Source: Chiloscyllium plagiosum
Lineage: Eukaryota
Assembly (NCBI RefSeq): GCF_004010195.1
Contig: NC_057719.1
Span: forward strand, 26,353,426-26,417,425
DNA length: 64,000 bases
Direction: 5' to 3'
The translations under genes and the position numbers were made by a program. The stretch's first letter is position 1. Each line of letters opens with the position of its first letter. Positions 26,101 through 41,100 of this stretch are shown here, one piece after another. Under the pieces are notes generated by a model, which searched no databases, was not told the origin of the DNA, and saw nothing but the letters and a program-made list of their open reading frames with translations.

Positions 26101-29100
26101 AAACTAAAAAAGGCTCATTCAGCGAGAAATATGTTCTCTATAGATTTACAGCATATGGAATGTAATACCTAGTAAGAATAAAACAATTGAAGAAGCTTTC
26201 TATGTTCTTGTTTTAATCTTTTTAAAAAATTGTTTCATAGGGTACACAGCAATGACTGGGAACGAGCTATTGATATGTCTAAATCAATTACAAATGTTCT
26301 GGATGAAGATGATGAAAATCTGCAGAGGGCATTGACCTTAAGCCGCCAACACATGGAGACAGAAGATGAAGAAGCTGATCTACGAAGAGCAATTCATCTC
26401 AGCATGCAAGGTGAGGGTTAGTGCTCCACTGTGATAGTACATCTTGTTAAAAGAACCACCCTTGAAATGACACACAATAAACCTACAGCCTGAGCACATT
26501 TATATGTGGAGCTTAAATGTCAGATCATTATTTTCAGAGAAAGATCCTACTCATTATTTCTACAGGTTTTAGCCCATAGTCATGGCTTTGTCAGTCCTTA
26601 TTGAAACTGTAATAGGTAAGTTTTACAATTTATCAAATTCTGTATGAATATTTAAAATAACCTATTCATCTTGCATTATAAAAAATGTCAGACCCAACCT
26701 AATTTGATAGGAAAATTATGATAGCTTTCTTTAATGCTTTGAGAAAATATGTTTCCCAAAATGAATCTCGATCTAAGCAACAGTATGTGCTGTCTGCTCA
26801 AATCATGTTGGAGTTGTTCTGTGAATCAAGCAGGAAAATTGCAATGCCATTGCCAGTGTTCCTACCAGTCCTCATAATAGATTTCCAGTTGGAGGTGATG
26901 ATGCATTGATGATGCCATTGGGTTCGTAATCCGATCATGTTCTCTGGACTCAGCTTGAAGACCACCATGGTAGAATTTGAATTCAGTGAAAACGCTTCTG
27001 GAATTAAAAATCTAATGATGACAATGAAATTATTATCATTTTTTTGTAAAGGTTCATCTGGTTCACTAATGTCTTCTAGGCAAGGAAATCTGCTGTCATA
27101 ACTTGGTCAGGCCCAGATGTAATTCCCACAACAGTGCATTTGGCTGTTAACTGCCCTGTGGAATGCCTTGCAAGCCACACTGTTATTTTGAACTGCTCAA
27201 AATTATCAGTGGAATAACACCAGGCAGACCATTTGGCATCAAGCTACAAAATTGAGAGAACTGCCCAAAGTTTGTGAGAAGATTTGTAGCTTGGGTGCTT
27301 GTTGCTGTGGTTCTGTTCGCCGAGCTGGGAATTTGTGTTGCAGACGTTTCGTCCCCTGTCTAGGTGACATCCTCAGTGCTTCCTGTGAAGCGCTTCTGTG
27401 ATGTTTCCTCCGGCATTTACAGTGATTTGAATTTGCCGCTTCCGGTTGTCAGTTCCAGCTGTCCATTGCAGTGGTCGGTATATTGGGTCCAGGTCGATGT
27501 GCTTATTGATTGAATCTGTGGATGAGTGTCATGCCTCTAGGAATTCCCTGGCTGTTCTCCGTTTGGCTTGTCCTATAATGGTTGTTGTCCCAGTCGAATT
27601 CATGTTGCTTGTCATCTGAGTGTGTGGCTACTAAGGATAGCTGGTCATGTTGTTTCGTGGCTAGTTGGTGAGAGAACTGCCTCTCAAACTAGTCAAGCAA
27701 TCTAACTTTGTCACACTGGACATTCTCCTTGAGAAGGTGACCAAAAAGGTGGATGAGAGTAAAGTGGTTGATTTGATGTATATGGGTTTCAGTAAAGCAT
27801 TGGACAAAGTAGGCTATTGCAGAAAATACGGGGGAATGGGATTGAGGGTGAAATTGGCTAACTGAAAGAAGACAGAGGCTGGTGGTTGATTGGAAATGTT
27901 CATCCTGGAGTTCAGTTACTAGTGGTGTACTGCAAGGATCTGTATTGGGCCACAGCTGTTTGTCATTTCTTTAACTGACCTGGATGAGGGCTTAGAAGGA
28001 TGGGTTACTAAATTTGCAGGTGGCACTGAAGTCGGTGGAGTTGTGGACTGTGCGGAAAGATGTTGCAGGTTACAGAGGGACATAGATAAGCTGCAGAATT
28101 GGGTTGAGAGGTGGCAAATGGAGTTTAATGTGGGAAAGTGTGTGGTGATGCACTTTGGAAGGGGTAGCAGGAACACTGGGCTAATCGTAGTATGGATGAG
28201 TAGAGAGATCTCGGTGTCCATGTGCACAGATCCCTGCAAGTTGCCACCCAGGTTAATATGGTTGTTAAGAAGATGTACGGTGTATTAGCTTTTATTGGTA
28301 GAGGGATTGAGTTTTGAAGTCATGAGGTCATGTTGCAGCTGTTCAAAACTCTGGTGCAGCCGCACTTGGAGTATCGCATACGGTTCTGGTCACCGCATTG
28401 TAGGAAGGATGTGGAAACATTGGAAAGGGTGCAGAGGAGATTTACCAGGATGTTGTCTGGTACAGAGGGAACATCTTATGAGGAAAGGCTGAGGGACTTG
28501 AGGCTGTTTTCGTTAGAGAGAAGGAGGTTCAGAGGTGACTTAATAGAGACATATAAGATAATCAGAGGATTAGATAGGGTGGACAGTGAGAGTCTTTTTC
28601 CTTGGATGGTGATGGCTAGCATGAGTGGACATAGCTTTAAATTGAGAGGATAATAGATATAGGGCAAATGTCAGAGGTAGGTTCCTTACTCAGAGAGAAG
28701 TAAGGGCATGGAATGCCCTGCCTGGAACAATAGTAGACTCACCAAATTTAAGGGCATTTAAATAGTCATTGGATAAACATATGGATGGTAATGGAATAGT
28801 GTAGGTTAGATGGGCTTCAAATTGGTTTCACAGGTTGACACAACATCGAGAGCCGAAGGGCTTGTACAGTGCTGTGATGTGCTATGTTTTTGGAATCATG
28901 TCATGCAAACAATGTCCCAGCCAACACTTTTGCCATCTCCTATATATGTCCTGACCCACAAGCAAGACAGACCCAGCAGAAATGGTGACTTAGTGTTGTA
29001 CAGTCAGGAACGAGTTCCTGGGGATCTTCAACATTTACTATCGAGTCTATGAAGGCTTATGGCATCAGGTAAGGAAGCCTGCTGATTAACCCCTACTGGC

Positions 29101-32100
29101 ACAACTCAACTGATGTGTTAAGCACCACTTGGAGGAAGCACTGAATGTGGCAAGGGCAGATAGTAATGGGCAGATAGGAATAACCAATTAACAATTCTTA
29201 TGGAGACAGAGTTTCACATTTAGAAAGCCCTATGTCATGTTGATAACTTAATTTGTCACCTGTTATCGGCATTCTCATTCTTGAACTAGTTTTCATGCAC
29301 ACAACTTGCTTTTACCTATTTCAGGTTTCAGCTCTTGCCCATCTTGTCAACTTAAGTAATTTTTTTAATTATAGAAGTATACTACCTGACCAGCAAGTAT
29401 CACTTATATAATTAACATGAAATGTTAGACACCGTATTGTCCAGTGAGAGGAACCACTAAAAGCAGGAACTAAGCTAAGGCACGCCTTAGTGTACATCAG
29501 TTTGAAGCAGTTAACATTACAATTCAGGAGAGGATCTTACATATGTGTAGAATACATCAAATTATTAAAGCATTAAAAACAACTACAATGGACTATAAAG
29601 GGTAGGAGCAAAGTAGGGCATTCTGCCATTGAGTCTGTCAATAAGAGGCTGTCTACAAGCACACAATGCATTCTTCATTTTTTATGCATGGCCATCAGTG
29701 TCCTCATCTAAGATCCCAGAGTAGGGCAACTCTCTCTTCTCTCCCCACCTCACCCCCACTACCATTGCACTGTGAACTATTATTCCTAGCCTGGATGAAG
29801 GCTTATGGCATCAGATAAGGAAGCCTACTGCTGATTAACCTATATCTTCTGACTCAAGCTTTTAAAGTAAGTTCAGTGCCAGAGTCTGAGCTGGTGACTG
29901 GGAATGTCACATCAAATTATGGGACCCCTATGGCTGATCAGACAGCAGCTCCTGACTTTCTGGCTGAAATGGGAGGGAAGGGAGGGGCGGCACGGTGGCT
30001 CAGTGGTTAGCATTGCTGCCTCACAGCATCAGGGCCCCAGGTTCGATTCCAGCCTCAGGTGACTGTCTGTGTGGAGTTTGCACATTTTCCCCGTGTCTGC
30101 GTGGGTTTCTTCCGGGTGCTCTGGTTTCATCCCATAGTCCAAAGATGTGCAGGTCCAGGTGAATTGGTCATGCTAAATTGCCCATAGTGTTAGGTGCATT
30201 AGTCAGAGGGAAATGGGTCTGGGTGGGTTACTCTTCGGAGGGTGGGTGTGGACTGGTTGGGCCGAAGGTCCTGTTTCCACACTGTAGGTAATCTAATCTA
30301 ATCATAAACGGGTATTGAGTGCATAGCACCAATTCTATGGTGATAACATCTGCAGTTTGCTTATTTTCCAGATAGCAGGTTGAAGGTGAGCTGTGAGTTG
30401 AGGGAGATAACACAGGAAAATATAGTTATTCTTAATATGTTCAATGATATCAAGCACTGGAAAGCTATTTCAGCCAGACTCTTTATAGAGTGATTCCGCA
30501 TCTGTAAGACCATTGAAAGTAGGAGCAGAGATAGGCCTTTCAGCCCATGGAGTCTGCTCTGGCGTTCAGTGAGTCATGGCTGGTCTGAAGATTCTTAAGT
30601 CCAGTTCCTGCCTTATTTCCGTGACCCTTAATTTTCTTGCTGATTGACAATCTGTCTATCTAAAATACTTTACAACCCAAGCTCTGTCCAATGAATTCCA
30701 CAGATTCACTGCGCGCTAACAGAAGAAACTGTTCTTCAAATCCATCTAAAATGGGCAACCACTACTCTGAGGTGATGTCTTCTATTCCTAGAATCTCTGA
30801 CAATGAAAAATACTCTCAGTAAATACCATCCCCCCCAGAATCCAATATGTTTCATTGAGGTCACCTGTCATTGTTAGCGCTCTCAAATTTCTTGGGGGTG
30901 GCATGGTGGCTGGGTGGTTTGCACTGCTGCCTCACAGCGCCAGGGACCCGGCTTCGATTCCAGCCTTGGGCGACTGTCTGTGTGGAGTTTGTACATTCTC
31001 CCAGTGTCTGTGTGGGTTTCCTCTGGGAACTCCGGTTTCCTCCCACAATCCAAAGATGTGCACATTAGGTGAATTGGCCATGCTAAATTGCCTATAGTGT
31101 TCAGGAATGCAGATAGGTTAGGTGCATTAGTCAGGGGTAATTATAGAATAATGAGTAGTGGGTTTGGACGGGAGACTCTTCGGAAAGTCGGTGTGAACTT
31201 GTTGGGCCGAAGGGCCACGCTATATGGATTCTAAATTCATTCTTCTAAACCTCACTGAGTGTATGCTTAAGTTCCCATCCATACACATGATTAAACTAGT
31301 AAATGTTCCTGAACTGCTTCTAATGCCAGTATATCTTTTTTGTGGATGAGCTGACCATAATTGATCACAGTTTTCTAGGTCTACAAAGTAGTGCCTTCTA
31401 TAGCTTTCGCAAGACTTCCTTAGATACTCCAATTCCTTTAAAGGCCACAATCTATTTGCTCTCCCTACTGAACTTGGATGTGATAAGAAAAGAATGTTGC
31501 AATTCTTTGTACTGTATGTCAAATCATAAAGGAGGTACTGGGTTAATTTTTTTTTCTTTTGAGGGCTGACTGAGATTTTCTCCAGGGCTAATTTTTCATT
31601 TTGGGGGCTACTTTTTGTTTTTCAGCAGTTCCTGGGATCGAAAGATTGAACTTAGAAACAAACGGTTCCCAAAATGCATATTTTGATGTTTACTCTGTGC
31701 CTGTATGAAAGGACATTAAAGAAACTAGATTTACTGGCTTTAGGCCTGGACTGGGCAGGTTACCTTATGAGTAAAAATTGGACAGACTTGGTTTGTATCC
31801 ACTGGTGTTTAAAAGAGTAAGAGGTGATTTGATTGAAACATATAAAATCTGACAGATCTAAACAAGATCAGTGTGGAGTTGATGTTTTCTCCAGCATCTA
31901 GAACTCTGCGATCACTGTTTAAAAATTAGGGGTTCCCCATTTAAAACACAGACTCAGCAAACATTCTTTTTCTCCCACGGTCATGAATTGTTGGAACTCT
32001 GTCAAGCAGAATCCTTATGGCAGAAGGAGAGGTGAGCAGATTCTCATTAAGCAGGGTGATGAAATGTGATCGGTGTAGGTGGAAATGTGGAATTGAGATT

Positions 32101-35100
32101 ATCACTGACTACCCATGATCTTATTGAATGGTGGAGCAGACCGGAGGGGCTGAGTACCCTACACCTCCTGATTTATCTGTTCACAAACAAGAAACTGTGC
32201 TGGACTCGCATCCAAAGATCCAACGACTGTTTTCTTTCATTTCTTCCTCCTCACCCCATCCCTGCAAACACTGGACCTGAAAAGCTAGGATCTTCTGGGT
32301 TGATCAGACTTTTTCTACGCATCAAAACTTTTTTTAAAAAATGCTCACACACACATTGATTTTTTAAAAAATCTTGTAGATACTTCTACAGCAGAAACAG
32401 AGAATTGAAGAGAACAGAAAAAGAATAGGTTTTCCCACAACATTTTTTATCCTCTGCCCCATGTTTCTCAACTTTAAATCTTATTCCCTAAATAATTTAC
32501 GGAAAAAACATAAAAGTGGCAGAAAATCATTAGAAAGGATTTAAATTTTAAACTTTTTGGATAGGTTTCTCTTAAATTTCTGTATACTTTTTCTAAACTT
32601 GTAAGGCAGGTCCAGGAGTAGGATTTTAGAAGGATGAATAAAGTTACTTTTTTCAAAAGATAGTTGTAAAATCATAAATATTATTAAAATAACATGTAAA
32701 TTTGAAAGTGAACAATGTTGTCTGTTTCCCACACTATTTCTTTTGGTCTTTCTCCTATCTCATGCTGAGGCCTCCTTCTCTCCCAGATTCGCAGCTTCCT
32801 ATCTCTCCTCCTTTCCTTCTCCCTCACACTCATAGGCAGTCACTCAAACTCCTCCACCTAAATGCACTTGCTCTCTCGCTCGCACTCTCTTGCACATTCC
32901 GAGTTTACCTTCCTCACTATCCAAGTCACTTCACCTGCACTGGTTCCCCCATCATCTTGCCTGTCCATCCTGTGCTGCTGCTCCAGCTCCTCCAATGACC
33001 AGTGCCCCTTTCTTGCCATTGATACTCCATGGAGCTTTATGAGGGTCACCAGAGGCATTTCAGGAACCAATTTGCCAGCTGTCCACCTTTCACATCAATA
33101 CTGGAACGTACAGATCATGAATTTTTCATGCCCCTGTACTCTGTAAAGTGACTCCATAGCACAAGCACATCAAGTTCAGCAATGTTGTGTAAGGAATTAA
33201 GTAAATCAAAGGCTTGTGTCTGCATGATTAGCTCCTGATCTTAACTATTCTCAATAATGAGGACATAGCGTCTAATCTTTACCTAAAGTGCACTGTGAAG
33301 GCTATGCTGCTGTCACATAGCTGCTAGCAATTGGTGTCTTATTTGCTATGGAAGCTATACTTTTCTGTATAAACCAATCAAGTGGTTTTGAGATGAGATG
33401 GAGATGCATTTAGCAAAAAGGCATTAATATATTTTGCTGCTGCTTTTTTTTACAAGGTCTCTGCCACAGTGTAATTTTCTATGCTTTATAGATGTCCACT
33501 AAGCTCAGTAATAGCTGTGTCACTCCTGAGAGAGAAGTTTGCAATTCAAGCCCCATTCTAGAGATTTTACCACAGAATTGTGATTGCCACCTTTCAGGTG
33601 AGACTCCCAAGCTGTAGTAGGATGAATCCTCACCACAGCATATCATGGATAAGGTCCATTTGGTAAATTTTCTACCACCATCCTCTTTTCTGTTAGGAAT
33701 TTACAAAGCTTGCTTCATCTGTCGTGGGTCAAGAGTACAATTTGGTAGTCAAATGAGAAGGGACTCATAGGAACTATAGAGACAAAGAGGGTGACCTTAG
33801 TGTTAGGGGTTACTCCTTCAAGATCGAAAGCCGTTCCCCCTGTTCAAGTCCATGTGGCATCATCAGATTGAGTGGTGCTTAATGCATTCCTCAGCACTAT
33901 CTCTTTTAGACACCTATGCAACAAAACCATGGCATTAACTGGCAATTCAAGTGGATGAAAAAGTTTCCATAGCACTATTTGTAGAAACGTCGAGGAGTTT
34001 ACAGTGTGTTTTGGTCAGCATTTATCTCTTGACTATCACCTAGAACCAAAAATCAGATCTTTAATTTTATTGTTGTTTGTGGGATCACGTGTGCAAAATT
34101 GCTTTTAGATTTCCGGTCTTTCAAATGTACCTTTGGCATATCTTGAGAATGTGAATGGTACTTTAAACACAATTTCTTTTTAATTTTAGCTGTGATTGCT
34201 CAACCAAAGTATGTGGAGGGAAAACTGACTCAAAACTCCTCTTCAACAATTTCGAATTTGGGACTTTGCCAACTTCAGTTTGCCTTCTCATATTAGTCAA
34301 AGTGATTTTGATATCCTCTCTATGAAGAGCAACTTAAATAGTAAATAACTATAGGTCATGCCGTTCTGATTTATTTCATTTTTTGATAAGAATAAGTTTT
34401 ATATTCTCATCTATCTATGTGTGTTATTTGGACTGCCAGTAGATTAAAATAGTTTTTATCCTTTGAAACAGAAATGTACAAAAGAAGGTGATAGACTTCA
34501 GATCCCTGCATGGCTGGAAAGAGAGCAAAGCTGTACTGTATACGTATGTACATACAGTCTCAAAAGGGAGAAAGGTTTCATTATGGTTCTGTTCTATAAC
34601 TGTTTCAGAAATAAAACATGAAAACTATGTTTTTATGTTTGTTTGTTTGTAGTTTTAAAACTAATTTCTGCAGAGGTTTATAATTTTTCTTTGAAAGGTA
34701 GAATAAAATAGTTTTCATCTAACCACACTGTTGAAGTGTAATTATACTATGTGTGGAAATAGTGTGCCAGATATTGCAATGAAATCAGAGCATTAAGGAA
34801 TATCAGGTATATATCAAAATAATTCCCTTAAGAGTAATCTATAATTGAGAAATTGAATTAGTAATCTAGTTGAATGCTGATAAGTGCCATAGCATGAGAG
34901 ATTTCTGCTTAACATATCTCCTTAGTTGATGATCTACTAACATAATTGCACTGTCAGAAGTTTCAAGTTTTCAGGAATTTCAGTAAATTGGTTAGGCAGG
35001 AGATAGAATGGTGTAGCACAAAGGAGGCCATTCAAATCACTTGAGTGAGCTCTCCAACAGTGACAACACTTTGCCTTTCTCCCATAAATTTTTTAATTGT

Positions 35101-38100
35101 TCCATTTTTACACATCTATCCACTTACTTTTAAAATTATTGTGGATTCTGTTTCCACCTTGTTTTTATTTGGGCATTTATTATTAAGCAAGTTTGTACAT
35201 TTAAACATAAAGCTCCTAAAATCTCCCTTTATCCTTTATAGTGATTTTAATTTCCCCAGTCCCATTAATTATTCCCTTATCAAAGTCTTTCATAAATTTG
35301 AATGCATATGTCAGATTTGCTCTTATCCTTGTCAGTTCTAATTGGTCCTAACTATTGAAAGTTAACTATGAAGTTATCTTTCATTCTGTAATATCTAAAC
35401 ATTTCACTCCATAAATTTTACAAGATATGTTGTCTTATGAATCATAAAATTAAAAGTTCATTTTAAATCAATTATGCAACTAATCCACTTAAATATTTCA
35501 AATATGGAGTGTTGGAGGTGGAGCATATGATCTTACAAAATGTTAAGATATACTGAGAAATCCATAACAACCAGTATCAGCTATGCAAACTGAACAAGAA
35601 TCAGTTAGAAACCAGGTGCTTTCTTACAAACAAGCCGGTTCTTAACACTGGTCACTCCAACCCACTCCTGAATACCTTGGTGCAACCGTCACCAGTTTAA
35701 TTTGGATAAATGTGAGGCATTGCATTTTGGTAAAACAAACACGGGCAAGACTATATAATTAATAAGTGTCCTGGGTAGGGTTGCATTACAAAGAGATCTA
35801 GGGGTTCAGGTACATCATTCTTTGAAATTTGCATCACAGGTAGACTGGATGGTTAAGAAAGCATTTAGTGCATTTGCACTCATTGCGCAGACCTTGGGGT
35901 TTAGGAGTTGGGATGTGATGTTGAGGTTGTATAGGACGTTTGTGAAGTCTGTTCTGAAAGGATATTATTAAACTGGAGTTAGTTCAGAAAAGATTTACCA
36001 GAATGTTGCTGGAATGGAGGTTTTGAGTTTTTAAAACAGACTGGATAGGCTAGGACCTTTTTCACTGGAGCATAGGAGATTGATGGGTGACCTTACAGAA
36101 GTTTATAAAATCATGAGAGGCATAGAAAAGCTGAATGGCAACGGTCTTTCCTCAATGGTAGGGGAGTTCAAAACCACAGGGCATATTTTTAGGGTCAAAG
36201 GAAAGAGATTTAAAAAGGACATGAGGGTTAGGTTTTCTACACAGTGCTCAATGTGTGGAATGAACTGCCGATGGAAGTGGTGGGTGGGGATATAATTACA
36301 ACCTTTAAAAGACATTTGGATAAGTCCATAAATAAGAAAGGCTTGGATGGATATGGGCCAAATGCAGGCAGGTAGAACTAGTTTAATTTGGCAACCTGGT
36401 GTGGATTAGTTGGACCGAAGAGTCTGTTTTTATGCTCTATCACTCTGTCAGAAAAGGGCATTTCATGGCAAAATTGAAAAGAAAATAAATGAGTATGAGA
36501 CCATTAGACTTAGTGGGCATAAGTTAGACAATTTGGTCCATCGAGCCTGTTCTGCCATTCTAGAAGATCATAACTAATCTGATTTGGAGATGCCGGTGTT
36601 GGACTGGGGTGTACAAAGTTAAAAATCACACAACACCAGGTTATAGTCCAACAGGTTTAATTGGAAATACACAAGCTTTTGGAGCGACGCTCCTTCATCA
36701 GGTGATCAGGCCTATCACCTGATGAAGGAACGTCACTCCGAAAGCTAGTGTGCTTCCAATTAAACCTGTTGGACTATAACATGGTATTGTGTGATTTTTA
36801 ATATAGCTAATATGACTATCCTCAATTCCCACTTTCCTGTTTTATCTCCATAACCCTTGATATTCTTACTGATTAAAAATCTGATTGTCTTGGCCTGAAA
36901 TATATATAATGAGCCAGCCTTTGCAGCTCTCTGCAGTAAAGAATTCCACAGATTTACTATCCTCCGAAATTCCTCCTTATCTTTGTCTTAACCTCAATGC
37001 AAGGAATCACCTGTTTATGTCCTGTGGTCTTAAACTCTTCCACAAGGGTAAGCAACCTCCCTGCATCTATCCTGTCAAGCCTCCTAAGAATTCTATATAT
37101 TTCAATAAGGTCACTTCTTTTTCTTCTGATACTCAATAAGTATGTGTCCAACCGACTTAACCCCGCCTCATAAGAAAATAGCTCCATACCTGGCATCAAC
37201 CTCGTGAAGTTTTGTGGACTACATCTAATGCCAACGTCTCTTTGCTGGATACGGAGATCTAGGTGTGGTCTGACTTGTGCCTTGTATAGTTCCAGCAAGA
37301 CTATTTTTGTTTTAGTACTCCATTCCTTTTGAAATAAAGGCCAACATTTTATTAGCCCTCCCTGCTGCTGGATGAACTTGAATGATAGCTTTTTGTGATT
37401 GATACGAAAGGACCCCAAATCCCTATGTGCTGTAGCTTTCTGCTGTCTCTCTATTTAAATGATATACAGCTTCTGTATTCTTCCTGCCAAAGTGAATGAC
37501 CTCACATTTTATCACATTATATTCCTTTTGCCAAGATTTTGCCCAATCACTTAACCTGTCTATATCCCTCTGCACCCTTTTTGTATCATCCTCACCACTT
37601 GCCTGCTCACTTACTTTTCTTGTCAACTGCAAACCTGGCTACAGTACATTCACTTCCCTCATCCAGGTCATTAATGTAAATTGCAAATAACTATGGACAC
37701 AATACTGATCTCTGTGGCATTCCACAAATTACAGATTGATATCCTAAAAATGCCCCCCTTATCACAACTCTGCAATATGCTTTTTGCTGAAAATTTCTGT
37801 GCTCACGGTTCCTTTTACCCAGTACGTAGCAATATGACAGACCTTTCCCATGTAAACAGTGCCACATTGTACGACACACAACAGATGTTAATAATTAGTT
37901 GGAGCATAGCACACTGTGATTGTGCAATCTAGCTGATGGATTTTCACAAATTACTCAATTTTTATCATTTTTTGTTTGGTAATGAAATTTCTAGTACCTA
38001 AAATAGGGTTTCACCACAGCGTAAAATTATATTTTACAATAGCATGATGAAATTTATCTACTGAATTTTCCTTTAATGCATTCCATAAAGTTTTTATTTC

Positions 38101-41100
38101 AAGACCACAGAATTTCCTGGACAGGAGGGAGAAGCCAAGTAACTATAGATCCTTCAATTTAATATCAGTTGTGGCGAAGTTACTGGAATCTATCATCTGA
38201 GGCAGAATGACTGACCATTTTGGACAAGTTTAAGCTAATCAGTCAGCATGGAGTTATGAAGGGTAGGTTGTGTTTTGTTAATCCAGTTACGTTATTTAAG
38301 GAAGCTCTTGGTTTGCTTCATTGAGGATAAGGGATGTGACGATATGGAGGTGCAGGTGGCGTTAGGTAAGAATACAAAAATAGAATACTGAGATTGCTGG
38401 TAATCTGAAAGAACAGAAAATGCTGGAAACAAAACACAGGTAAGACACCATCTATAGTGAGAGAAAATTAAAGTTAAAATTTCAGGTGGATGACCTGACA
38501 GAAAACAAAGTTAGTGGTCTGAAAAGTTTTCTTTCTGTTTTGACCTGGCCTTTGATAAAGTTCACACAGGAGATTAATAAACAGAATGTATGCTACAAAC
38601 AACAAAGTGGATGGCAGATGGCCATGGCCCCCCGCACCGTGCATAGATGACATCTTGACCTAGGCAGTGAATCATCTCTACACCACAGTTCAGGGAAAAG
38701 CCATCATTATCAGCAGTTAAGGAACAAAACCACGTTACAATTTAAATGGAAGATGAGTGGAGCCCAGTGCATTATTATTTCAATACAACTGTATGTTTTT
38801 CAAAAAAAAAACTCACCAGATGAAATTAAATTCAGAGATTGAGGTTTGATTTGTGTGGTTTAAAAATCAACAAGCCTGATAAATCCAGTCCCATTTGCCA
38901 GCATTTGGCCCATACCCCTCTAAACCCTTCCAATTTATATACCTATGCTGGTGCCTTTTAAATGTTGTAGTTATACCAGCCTCCTCCATTTCCTCTGGGA
39001 GCTCATTCCATACACACACCACCATTATCTACAATTCACCACCATCAACAAAAATGGAACTGCAAAGAATTGTAGGTAAAATTGTGACAGGTTGTTAATT
39101 ATTTGGGAAGATATGAAACAGTAGAGATTTAGTGCTTGTTCTTTGATTGCCAAAATATGACAAGCATGTTCTCTGGAGATCCATATGTAAGCCTATTTTT
39201 CCATTAAATATGCAAATTACCTGGCTAAAGGAGACAGGTTACAGGTACGATGGTGTGAAATGATACAGAAAGTTGCATAGGTGGGTGCAATAAGTTACAA
39301 AGTTATGTACATGAATTCAGGACAGCTTGACTGATGAAACTATAGCAGATGGAATTCAATGTTATCTGTATAAATTAGAAATGAATTGCATCAACTTTGT
39401 TTATATCCCTTTGAATTTAGAAGCTTGAAGAATGATCTAATCAAGGTACAGTTTTTGAAACAATTAAGGGGTTCGTTAAAATAAATTATTGTTATTGGGG
39501 GGGAAATAAGAGGGCATAATCTTAAAATTAGAGTGAGACCATTTAGGATAGAGCTTCCCAAACTGGGTTGCAATCCTCAATGGTTTAGGCAGCCATAGTT
39601 TTTAGCTTTGAAATTGGCTGCCAATTAGCTCTATACAAATTCTTACAGCTATGAAGTCCCTTTAAATCTCAATTTTTTAAGTGGCCTAACTACCAGATCT
39701 AGTCAGCTTGAATGCTTTCATAAAAATGTTGGGTTTTTTTTTAAACTTAATAAAATCTCTGTGGATGGAAATGCTTTGCCTTGCTGTTCTCACAGTTGTT
39801 CTGTCCACACCCCTGCACAAATAAAAAAGAATTCTCTTAGGTCTGGGAGGATGGCAATTCTTGACCACCAAAGTTGGGGCACAATGGGAAAAAATTTGGG
39901 AAACAATAACCAAGGAGGAAAGTCAAAACAGGGGTGTTTATCCAAAGTGTAATGAAAATCTAGAACCCACTTTCTCCCAAAACTTGTAGTAGTTAGGTCA
40001 TTTGAAATTTTGAAAACTTTGATGATTAGATTTTTGTTGGGTAAAAGTACTAAGGTTGATAAACCAAAGACATTTTAATTAGGTTGATGTACAGATAATC
40101 TGGCAGGGTAGACTTGAGAGTTATGAATGATTGAGGCTGGTGTGGGAATTGGGTCACCTGAGGGTTCCATTTTTAACAATACCTGCCAACTGTAAGCTGC
40201 AAACCTTAGATGTCAGCAGCGTTCTATGTGAATGAAATTAAAACGCCAAAGTTGGTGATGCTCTCAGAAAGTAAAAATAAAATTTAAAGAGGTGAAAAAT
40301 ACAAAGAAGAAAGTAGAGGAAAGTGAGAGAAATAGCGACATCAAATAGGAGAACCCAGTATGGGTGTGACTATGTTAACTAACACTCAATGTACAACGCC
40401 TTGGGAAATTGAATGGATTTGTAAACAGTGTTATTTGCTAGTAAATTTTTTTTCCATTTGAATTAAAACAAAAAAAACTTGGATTTTGAAACAAATACAG
40501 TAAAGGGAGTCAAATTTGTTGACAGATTTTCCAGTTATCTATTATTGTGAAGGCTAATTATAGTGTAAGCCTACTATAGGCTTAGTTTTCTATGGCTAAT
40601 GCTTCTCATTTGATGTGTTGAGGTGATCGCAAAGGAATTATGGAGTTAGCAACCTCAAAGTTCTTAAGTTTGGCAGTGCCTGTAAGGGTGACAGGTAAAG
40701 GAAATGGTTTAAAAAAAAAGTGCAAAAGCAGACGTCAGTGCTTCACAGTAGCAAGAGATGAGTGGTCATATGCTGCAACGAGGCTTATTGTATGCTGAGG
40801 ATTGCCATTGAAGAAATGTAGAGAGTGAAAGGGCCTGATGAGTCATTTTGGAACTTCATAAACTCCAGTTTATTCGCTATTGACATGTAGATTAAATGTC
40901 TTACTTTTTTGAAAATTATTTTACTTTATAAGTTATGGCTGACTTGTTTTCATTACTGTGGGAAGCTATGAAAAGGAGCCCAAAAAAGGAATGTAGGTGT
41001 AAAACAGTGCCCATGTTTTCAATAATTGTGCACTGAAATCACAGTTAAGTTTGCAGTGCAGTCCTGTAATCATGAAATAACATTTCATGTTTTTTTGGCA

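Larger units (their letters stand above)
36500..37760 (-). mobile_element. CR1 LINE 3' fragment, host of the element at 36583-36801
   Basis: VQRDIDRLSDWAKSWQKEYNVIKCEVIHFG; LYKAQVRPHL...RSDLIEIYRILR. Confidence 0.88.

Noticed and set aside
29985..30060. tRNA gene (A and B boxes)
   Set aside because: It continues into a SINE body and LINE-like tail, and occurs five times in the window as SINE heads.
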